Assembly (NCBI GenBank): GCA_965644315.1
Contig: CBFFRQ010000031.1
Span: forward strand, 1 to 64,000
Length of the DNA stretch: 64,000 nucleotides
DNA from: Caecitellus pseudoparvulus
Lineage: Eukaryota; Protista; Bigyra: Bicosoecida
Direction: 5' to 3'
Below the pieces are notes generated by a model. That model worked only from the letters and a program-made list of their open reading frames with translations. It ran no database searches and was not told the DNA's origin. Both the position numbers and the translations under genes were made by a program. This document shows positions 56,196 through 64,000 of this stretch, one piece after another; position 1 is the first letter of the stretch; every line of letters begins with the position of its first letter.

Positions 56196-56491
56196 CTGTT
56201 GCTGATGCCCCCGGCGAGACTAGGTAACTCGCTTGCACGGGCAAGCATCGGGGCAGTACGCACTGAATTCCACCCGGCCCCCACACAACCGAAACATAGC
56301 GCACACCTGCTGTAGGGAATGGGGGCTTGCAACCTGCAAAGCAGCCACGTAGGCGCCCGTGCCGAGACTGCTTGTGAAAGCCAGGTTCCTCGGGCATACT
56401 GAGTTTGTCTGGGATTGACCCGCAACCTGTCTACGCAGGCAAGAAGCGGCCCACGGGGCCAATACATGATTCCAAATCACACTCTGCTACC

Positions 56492-57841
56492 ATGATCGGA
56501 AGCTCTCTGCTGCGCCACCGAATCCAGGCTGTCGCCCGGTCCTGGGCTCGAGCGCGGAAATTGGATGGCAACACAACCCCCGCACCTGACTTCCTTGCAG
56601 CGTGCAAAGGCGCTGCTGCGTTCCAAGCGACGATTTCACAAACTTCTGACGTGAAACATGTGCTGCAACAGGCCCATGGTGAGCGGCTCGTGTCTTTAAC
56701 GATTCTGAACGATGGTCCAGAGTCGCTGGAGGCTGGCCTGGCCTGCGCTCACGGGCTCTCGGATGCCCTTGTGAGCTTGGCTGTGCAGCCATCTGGCTTC
56801 CATGCTGGGCCAGTGCAGGGCTTCTTGGAGGAACTGCCCCCTCTGCCAGCTGTCGAGCACGTGGACCTCAGCGGGAGCAGACTCCGCGCCCAAGGCGCGT
56901 CCAGCCTCTCTGCCGCCCTGCTCCGCACGAAGCACCTGCAGTCACTACAGCTTGATTTTTGTGACTTGAGCTCTCGAGGTGCACAGTGCATTCTAGAAGC
57001 TGCTGCTCAGCTGGGACATGTCTCAAGGGTGTCTTTGCGAGGCTTGCACGGAAGCCTTGCCGCGTCTGACCTGCCAGCAGTCTTGCCACACCTGCCGTGG
57101 CTGCAGACGCTGGACCTCAGCAACTCGCCTCTGTCCCCAGATGGCGCAGAGGCCCTGTCGGCGACATTTCCACACATGCAGCGCCTGCAGCGCCTAGTGC
57201 TGCAGGGCGCCGCCCTTGACACAGGCTTATCGGTGCAAATGCGGCGGAGCCTGCAGCGCTGCCACAGCTTGCAAGTTCTTGACCTTGCTCGCAACCCGGA
57301 GCTAGGAGACCAAGGGGTCCAGGCGTGGCTTGACGCATCACTAAATTTCCCCATGCTGCAGTCACTGTTTGTGCATGGGTGTGGATCGAGCCAGCCATCA
57401 GTGCAGACTGCCGCAAGAACAGTCTTGAGCAGCCGCACCCTGACAGGGCTATCGTTGGGTGACTCCGAGACAGTCGCCGACTTCGGCCCGCTGCTCGATG
57501 CTCTAGTGTCAAGAGCTGCCTCCCTTCCGTGGGAAGCCTTGCACCTTGCTGGTGCTGCTGGGCCGCCGACTGCACTGCAACCGCTGTCCAAGTCTCAGAT
57601 GGACAAGTGCCTCGAAGGGGCCCTAGCGGTGTCGTGCATGAGCTTCCAAGATGTTGATGGCCACAACCTCTTGCAAAGCACCCAAACAGGCAGCCCTTCG
57701 GCTCGCAGCTGTGGCGCGCTTGATCCCCCGACACTGCAGGGTGCCATTGAGGATGCTGCCGTAGCGGCTGGCCTGCTCCCTGCCGACTTCCCAGGCAGAA
57801 AGCAGGCTGCGGCACTATTCCTGCGCGGATTTCACACTTGA
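56492..57841 (+). CDS. Leucine-rich repeat protein, ribonuclease-inhibitor-like
   Basis: Repeats such as LQTLDLSNSPLSPDGAEALS, LQSLQLDFCDLSSRGA and LQVLDLARNPELGDQG. Confidence 0.85.
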   Translation: MIGSSLLRHRIQAVARSWARARKLDGNTTPAPDFLAACKGAAAFQATISQTSDVKHVLQQAHGERLVSLTILNDGPESLEAGLACAHGLSDALVSLAVQPSGFHAGPVQGFLEELPPLPAVEHVDLSGSRLRAQGASSLSAALLRTKHLQSLQLDFCDLSSRGAQCILEAAAQLGHVSRVSLRGLHGSLAASDLPAVLPHLPWLQTLDLSNSPLSPDGAEALSATFPHMQRLQRLVLQGAALDTGLSVQMRRSLQRCHSLQVLDLARNPELGDQGVQAWLDASLNFPMLQSLFVHGCGSSQPSVQTAARTVLSSRTLTGLSLGDSETVADFGPLLDALVSRAASLPWEALHLAGAAGPPTALQPLSKSQMDKCLEGALAVSCMSFQDVDGHNLLQSTQTGSPSARSCGALDPPTLQGAIEDAAVAAGLLPADFPGRKQAAALFLRGFHT

Positions 57842-60496
57842 CGCCGCTTGTGCTTCAGGAGCACCGAGCGGGCCGCGGGCAAGAGCGCGCCTGAGCGCTT
57901 CCTTCTCGAGGGCGGCAGGCGCTGGATCGTCCCTCAGCACGGCCCCTTGTAGAGCTACCTTTTCAGAGGCGATGGCTGAGATGTGCTCCTCCACAGAGTC
58001 CTTGGAGGCCACTCGCAAGACACAGCACAGGTGCTGCTGGCCGATGCGGTGGATGCGGTCTTCACACTGGGCGTCGTTCGTCGGGTTGAAATCTGCGGAG
58101 TTGCGCCGGCCAACGTTGAGAGGAGCAGGCATGGGCTTGGGCACGGCACGACGCACCTGGGTCAAGGATTACTGCATGGTGGGCAGCAGTCAGTGTAAGC
58201 CCAACTCCCCCCGCCTTTGTAGACACCAGGAAGAGTTGAATCCCCGCGTCCTGCTGAAACTCGTCGACGATGGCGAGCCTCTCCTTGACGGGGGTGGAGC
58301 CATCCAGCCGCCTCCACGACCACCCTGCCACCGACCCTGCTCCCTCAAGGATGTCCAGCATTGTCGTGAACTGACTAAAGACAACGAGCTTGCGGGGGGC
58401 GATCGCACTCAGCATGTCCCTCACGATCCTGCGGGTGATGGCGAGCAGGCATGCGCGGCGCACATCGGCGCGGAGCGCGGTGCGCAAGCGTACATGACTT
58501 TATTGCTCTCTAAGAACACGCTGCTTGGAAGCTGCATGTCCCGCCAGCCCTCCTCCACGGCCATGCGGTGCAGCTCAAAGTCGCTGTACCCCAGCAGCCG
58601 CTCAGCTGCTCCTTGGAGCCTCTGTGACGCGGCACCGTGAGGTCTTTCAGTGCGGCAAAGCTGTTGTCGCCCAGACTCTGCCACTGCGGTGTTTTCCTCA
58701 CCTTCAAGCCCCCACTCCACACCGTCAGCTCCGCTTTCGTCGGGGCCATTCCTGTGTCAGGCAGGCGCTGCACAGCACCGCTCGGCTCGTGCGGCGCCAG
58801 AGTGCTCCTTGGAGCCTTACCTGGAAATGCATCTTCAAACAGTCTTGCCGCCATGCACAGCACAGCTACATGACTGTATCGTGAGCGAACCAGCAGAGGG
58901 TGGCAGGCGATCTTTCGGAGCACGGCGAGGTCATTGCGCCTGCTCCCCACCGTGTCAGTCACGCCCCCGACCAGGGGGAGGTGCTGCCGATCTTCCAGGG
59001 TTTGATGTGGCCGCTGCATGGTGAAGATACAGGCATCGTAGAGCTCCTGTTGACTGACGTGCAGGGCGGCCCTCACTCGCTTTACCACTTTCGGGGGGAT
59101 CTGCGGGAAGCGTTGCGCGTGCGCTCCGACCTCAGTTGCGATGCCGGCGGGCTGCAATACGCACAAGGTCTCGCAGCACAACAGCCTTGCTGCGCCTCAA
59201 AACCAGGTGGTGCAGCAGCTCAGCGATGCGCGTGGCACCTGAGTCTGCCTTGGCGCGCGGCGCGCCAGAGCAAGGCTTGTCCACCCATGCCTGCAAAGAC
59301 ACGGCAAGACCATGAAGGACATCAGACAGCATGCCGTCGGCCAGTGCTTCCTCCCATGCAAGGGTATCGCCTGGAGCGACTCCTTCTGAAGCAATGCTTC
59401 GCTGCCGTGCCACACCCTGCTTGCGCACAGCGGAGCTGAACTCCGACACCGCCCGGACCAACACGTCGCAGGAGAGGAAGGCAAGTATGTTCACCAGCTC
59501 TCGAAGGTTGTTCTGGATAGGCGTTCCAGTTACGAGCAGTCGCATGCCAGTGGGAGTTCGGTGCAGAGCCTTGAACTTGGCCGTGTTGGAGTTGCGCAGT
59601 TCGTGGGCTTCGTCAAGCACCATGACACCGAAGCGCCCGCCGGCCAACTGCAGCACTTCGTCCCACTCACAGCGCTCACTGCCACTCGCGAACTTAGATG
59701 CAGCTTCCACTGTTCGGTACGATACCAGCACGACACTCCCTGGTGCCAGTGCCGTTTGCCGCCAACTGGCCAGCAGCTGCCTCCGGCTCGCAGCAGAGCC
59801 ATCCAACACCAGCTGCGGCGCAGAGGGCACCCAGCGCCGGAGTTCGCGGCACCAGTTCTCCAGCAAGGAGGATGGAGCGACGATGAGGTGGGGCCCACCA
59901 CTGCCCCCCCTCCCGTTCGTCAGGAACGCTGCACAGGCGTGCCGAACTGGCAGGGGTGCCCAGGCGCAGTCGCCGAAGGTCCGCAGCCAAGCAAGGAAGG
60001 CCAGGACCTGAACGGTCTTTCCCAAGCCCATGTCATCGGCCAGAATCGCGGGCGAACCTGCCAAGTATCGACTTGCAAGCCAACGAACTCCTGTGCCGTG
60101 CGCGATGCGTGTGGCTGCACACCCTGCGCGGATTTTGAGCTCGCGTTGCTCCGTCGCCGCCGGCACCGTACCGTCAGCTTGGAAAGGCTTCAGAGCAAGC
60201 GGTGGCATGGAATGTGATCCAAGCTTCACACGTTTAAGCTGGATATCCTTCATCTGTCGTTTGAGATGGTACGCGATGAGGGACTTTGCCAGCCTCGCGT
60301 TTCGCGTCCACGTGGCGTGGCAACGCACCACCGTGTCTGCCTGCAACGCGGTTTGCCGCAACACCGCGACGATGTCCTCCACAACAGTCTCAGACATCCT
60401 GATGTGTGCATCTTCGTCTGCATCGCTCTCGCTCTCGCTCCCTGCTCGCTCGGCAACTTGGGCTGCAGCATCAAGGTCCGCGACAGATGCTGCCAT
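57815..60496 (-). CDS. SNF2-family chromatin remodeller, SMARCAD1/Fun30-like, multi-exon
   Basis: ILADDMGLGKTVQ, PHLIVAPSSLLENW, LDEAH, TGTPIQNNL, LRKIACHPLL, FSQFTTMLDIL, RLDGST, STKAGGVGLTL and DFNPTND.Q.EDR.HRIGQ, spread over ORFs 59132..60511, 58510..59181, 58062..58487 and 57815..58165. Confidence 0.88.
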
Positions 60497-60681
60497 GCCG
60501 CAGACTCTCAAGCTTGCTGAATGGCTGACCTCTTGAGGCAGACCTGGCTTGCAATTCGGCGGAGAAGGGAAAATGGGATGGGAAGACTCAAGGGGCTGGG
60601 GGAGGAAATTGCCAGGTGGGGCTGGCTGCCTCGTGCATTGGGTTGCGTTGCATCGCTTTTGTCACAGGCCACACTGGTGAG

Positions 60682-63600
60682 CTACACCTTCACGCCCCGC
60701 AACACTGACAGCCTGTCCAGTACGACAGACCGCATGCCGTCACCCCCGTCCCTGAAGTTTCGGCCGAGCATGTCAAAGCACTTGTCCACCGTCTCTGCGT
60801 CTTCATCAACGCCAGGATGAAGCGCGGGCAACGTCGGCCCAGACACAGTCCCGATGGCGCAGCGAGCCGGGTCGAACTTGAGAGCATCTGTGATAGCCTT
60901 GCCCAGAGCCTGGAGCTGTGACACGGCAAGCTTCAGAGCATCGGCACTGGGATCACTGGACCCCGCTGCCTTGCCACCGCGCACCTTCTTCTTGCCTTTC
61001 TTGGCCTTCTTCTTGGTCGGCAGAGCCTTGAACAAGTCGGTCAGCAAGAGTGGCACTGTGGCCAGGACCGACTGAAGAGCGAGCCCAGCCCTGGCTGCAA
61101 CACGAGGGCAGCCGCAGAACTCGGCGGGGGGTGCTTCCTGCAGCGCAGCGCTGAGCCCTTCAAGCTTGGAAGCCAAGTGCCCCAGCTCAACCTGGACCGT
61201 GTCCAAGTCAGGGCCGCCGGCTTGCACTGTAGCTGCCAGGGCCTTACCGGTGTGGGCCAAGCAGCCCCAGCATGAACCTGCGTACTCTTTGCCTGGGTAA
61301 GTCAGGGCGCTGGAGCAGACATCCCAGGCGCTGCCAGCCACACCTGTACCTCCGAAAGCCATCGGCATCCCACAGCCCACGCCCTCGCCCTCGACGGCGA
61401 GCAGAGCTGCCGCTGCGTCTTGCAGGGTGCCCGCCTTGGTCACCGTGCTTTCGGCGTTGTGTTGCAGTGCCCACAACAAAAGCTGCTGCTGGGCTTGCAG
61501 CAGGAGAGCTGCCTGCACGCGCTGTTGCCGCCGCCACCTCGCCGCGGCCACGCACTCCGCGGGGTCATCAAGAGTGGTGGGCGTGAGGACGTCCACGTCA
61601 GTGTTGTCCACCAGCGTGTTCAGCGCATCTGCAGCGCTGCTCTCCATCACGCCATCAGGCCACTCCCCTCCCAGCACGACAGCCTTCAGCCAGTCCCGCG
61701 CCTCCACCGGCGAGCGCGAGGGGAGCGCCACAAGGCCGTTGGCGGCCCGCGCTGCCGCCAGGGACAGGGACGACTTCATTCGCCGCCCAAAGCTGTCAAA
61801 GTCCAGTGCGGGCGCGCAGTTGCCTTTGGCGTACGCTGTCTTTGTGTTCTGCGGCACCTCCACCGTGATGTCCTTGTGCATGGAGCAGGTGCGCAGGGCA
61901 ACCTTGGACGCGCCCTCCACTTGCCCATACGCCAGCATGGCCGGCAGCGCAAACGCCTGCAGAGAGTCGTACTGCATCTGCTTCATGTCCAGGGACTTGA
62001 ACGTGACAAAGTGCCCCACAGGCGAGCCTGTGAGCGCGTACAGCCGCATGAGCTGCAGCTTGAGCTGGAAGTTGTGCTCGCTTGCGTCCAGCGCCAGCTC
62101 GCACAGCGCAATGGCTTGGGTCAGGATGGACAGGGCGGCCTCCTTGTCACTTGTGTCCTTGATGCGGGCGCTTGCGCATCGCACCATGGCCTCGCTGGCC
62201 AGCAGTGGCAGCTCGTCCCCAGGCAGCACGCCTCGTTGAGCGGCCTTGGCCTTGTGAGTGCACAGGCAGAATCGCCACGTAGAGCTCAGTGCGCACGCAC
62301 ACTGCCACCATGTGTCGGCCGTTGAGTCGGCCGTGCTGCTGGCGTCCAGGGCCTGAGGCAAGCAGTCCACAAGAAGCGACAGGTGAACTGCCGTGGTGAA
62401 TGTCTGGATGCCACGCGTGGCAGTCAGCACTGCATCGGGGACCGCCCCGCTGCTTTCACTTGCCTCCCCATCACCTGAACCTGACGCAGGGGCCGCTGCA
62501 AGTGCCTCGGTGACTGCCTGCACTGTGGCTTCAGTGGGGCGCGTGTCGCGGGCAATTTGTGCCAGGCATGTCACAAGAGCCGTCCGGGCTGCAGGTGGAA
62601 GAAGCCCCGGCGCAAACGTCCCGTTCCACGCCAGCGCAAATGCTGGCGCGCCTTCTGCAGCCGCTGAAGGCTTGGAGGCCCAGCCAAGCCAGCCGGGGCC
62701 AGCTCGTGCCGCCCTGGCATACCGGCGCAGTGGCGAGAAGGGCGTCGCGACGGGGCTGGCTTTCACACAGCCGTCACCCCGCATCACGTCTTCAGCCACG
62801 GGAGGGTGAGTGGAAAGAGGCCCCCGCTCAGACAGACTTGGTGCTTGCGAAGCGCCGCCTCCGCCCGCCCCGGCACTTGCGCGGGCCTCCGTCCACGGCG
62901 CCAGCAGCGTGTGCAGGTCAGGCACGGCACACGCCTTGTGCGCGAAACCCTCCAAGTACTTCACCAATGCCCCTGTTGCCTTGCTCCATGGCTCTCCAGA
63001 GCAAGTGAAACTCGTGAGGGCTCCGGAGAGAGTGCCACTGGGCATCACCGACCACGCAGCTGCCAGCTGGGCCGCCACCGGACTGCCCTCGGCGCTGGTA
63101 CAGGCTTGCTCAGCGTGCAGCATGCGCAGCGCGATGTACACTAGGCCTAGCAGGGGCCCACGCCCCGCAGACGCCTTCTTCTCGGAGAGGTTCGTCAACA
63201 ACACAACGCACGCCGCGAGGGAGGGCCGGGCGTCGGCCATCCCAGAGCCCAGAGCCTGTGCTGCTGCATGCACTTGGGCGCCGGTAGCATCGGCGGGAAT
63301 GCCAGGGGGTGTGAGCAGCGCCGCCAACTCGGGCGTGAGCTCAGCCGCACAGCCCAGCTCCGCGCACATGCACGCGGCCTCCACCAGCCCCGTGACGTAC
63401 GCCCAGTCATCGCCGTCCACCACCAGAAGCAGCTGCACGTACGTTACCCACGCTTCACGCCACTGGCCAGCGGCACATTGCAGGTCGACTCGCTCCCGCA
63501 GTAAGTCTGCCGGCTGCAGGACCTGCCCTGCTCGCTCGGAGTCGTCCGCGGCGCTGTCGGATGTGGGCAGCCATCCTCGAGCTGCCTCCGCCTTCTCCCT

Positions 63601-64000
63601 GCGCGCCAGCAGCTCCAAGGCCTCTGGGAAGGAGCCCTGGCGACGCAGCGTGTGCACGGCGAGGGAAAAGACAGACGCCGGCACAGAGGTGAGGTCGCTG
63701 TGGCCCTTGGACAGCATCATGCTGGACAGCCGCAGAGCCATGCTGGCGGGTTTGGGCAGCGGCGCGTGCAGCGGCTCCGAGCCGAAGGCACCAGCGACGG
63801 CCCGGGTGGCCACCAAGTGGCCTGTCAGCGCGGCCCACACAGCAAACGTGGGGTCGTCACTGCGCTTGAACAGCTGCATGGACAGCTTCTGCATGTCCGC
63901 CAGCTTGCCAGTGTTGAGGTAGCAGAAGTGCAGCTCCTTGTGGAAGCCCTCGGAGTCGGGGCAGGCCTGCACCGCCCCCTCCATGAGCCGCGTCGCTGCA
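60682..64000 (-). CDS. NAA25: NatB auxiliary subunit NAA25/MDM20-like; 5' end lies beyond the window
   Basis: MQKLSMQLFK, DDWAY and NFQLKLQLMRLY..G..LDMKQMQYDSL match NAA25/Mdm20 signature segments. Confidence 0.75.
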   Translation of the reverse strand, partial: AATRLMEGAVQACPDSEGFHKELHFCYLNTGKLADMQKLSMQLFKRSDDPTFAVWAALTGHLVATRAVAGAFGSEPLHAPLPKPASMALRLSSMMLSKGHSDLTSVPASVFSLAVHTLRRQGSFPEALELLARREKAEAARGWLPTSDSAADDSERAGQVLQPADLLRERVDLQCAAGQWREAWVTYVQLLLVVDGDDWAYVTGLVEAACMCAELGCAAELTPELAALLTPPGIPADATGAQVHAAAQALGSGMADARPSLAACVVLLTNLSEKKASAGRGPLLGLVYIALRMLHAEQACTSAEGSPVAAQLAAAWSVMPSGTLSGALTSFTCSGEPWSKATGALVKYLEGFAHKACAVPDLHTLLAPWTEARASAGAGGGGASQAPSLSERGPLSTHPPVAEDVMRGDGCVKASPVATPFSPLRRYARAARAGPGWLGWASKPSAAAEGAPAFALAWNGTFAPGLLPPAARTALVTCLAQIARDTRPTEATVQAVTEALAAAPASGSGDGEASESSGAVPDAVLTATRGIQTFTTAVHLSLLVDCLPQALDASSTADSTADTWWQCACALSSTWRFCLCTHKAKAAQRGVLPGDELPLLASEAMVRCASARIKDTSDKEAALSILTQAIALCELALDASEHNFQLKLQLMRLYALTGSPVGHFVTFKSLDMKQMQYDSLQAFALPAMLAYGQVEGASKVALRTCSMHKDITVEVPQNTKTAYAKGNCAPALDFDSFGRRMKSSLSLAAARAANGLVALPSRSPVEARDWLKAVVLGGEWPDGVMESSAADALNTLVDNTDVDVLTPTTLDDPAECVAAARWRRQQRVQAALLLQAQQQLLLWALQHNAESTVTKAGTLQDAAAALLAVEGEGVGCGMPMAFGGTGVAGSAWDVCSSALTYPGKEYAGSCWGCLAHTGKALAATVQAGGPDLDTVQVELGHLASKLEGLSAALQEAPPAEFCGCPRVAARAGLALQSVLATVPLLLTDLFKALPTKKKAKKGKKKVRGGKAAGSSDPSADALKLAVSQLQALGKAITDALKFDPARCAIGTVSGPTLPALHPGVDEDAETVDKCFDMLGRNFRDGGDGMRSVVLDRLSVLRGVKV

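Overview
Left end of a chromosome from a GC-rich eukaryote with TTAGGG telomeres and short (~60-80 nt) GT-AG introns, probably a heterotrophic protist (taxonomy is inference). Bases 1-1147 are the terminal (CCCTAA)n tract. Bases 1148-11875 are a chain of three units separated by telomeric repeats: unit A (ORF1-like protein), unit B (non-LTR/LINE-type reverse transcriptase plus a 154-bp tandem array) and unit C (an AT-rich virophage/Polinton-like helicase fragment plus a GC-rich tail). The main observation is that each unit ends in a diverged copy of the same ~200-nt module (3871-4090, 9270-9460, 11669-11875). The module's helices are kept by compensatory base changes, and each copy runs directly into CTAACCCTAACC. 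This is the polarity expected for RNAs that anneal to the telomeric G-overhang and are reverse-transcribed onto the chromosome end, as in Terminon/Athena elements, but here the RT is LINE-type and the RNA fold is one I do not recognise. Proximal to the chain are an N-terminally truncated Mutator-like transposase and an accessory island (~15-36.5 kb) with five 38-aa ankyrin-repeat genes and two Crinkler/RHS-like P-loop NTPases. Core genes follow: a Qbc-SNARE, a neurobeachin-like protein, SKP1, a giant Kelch/Cys-rich protein, an LRR protein, a SMARCAD1/Fun30-like helicase and NAA25.
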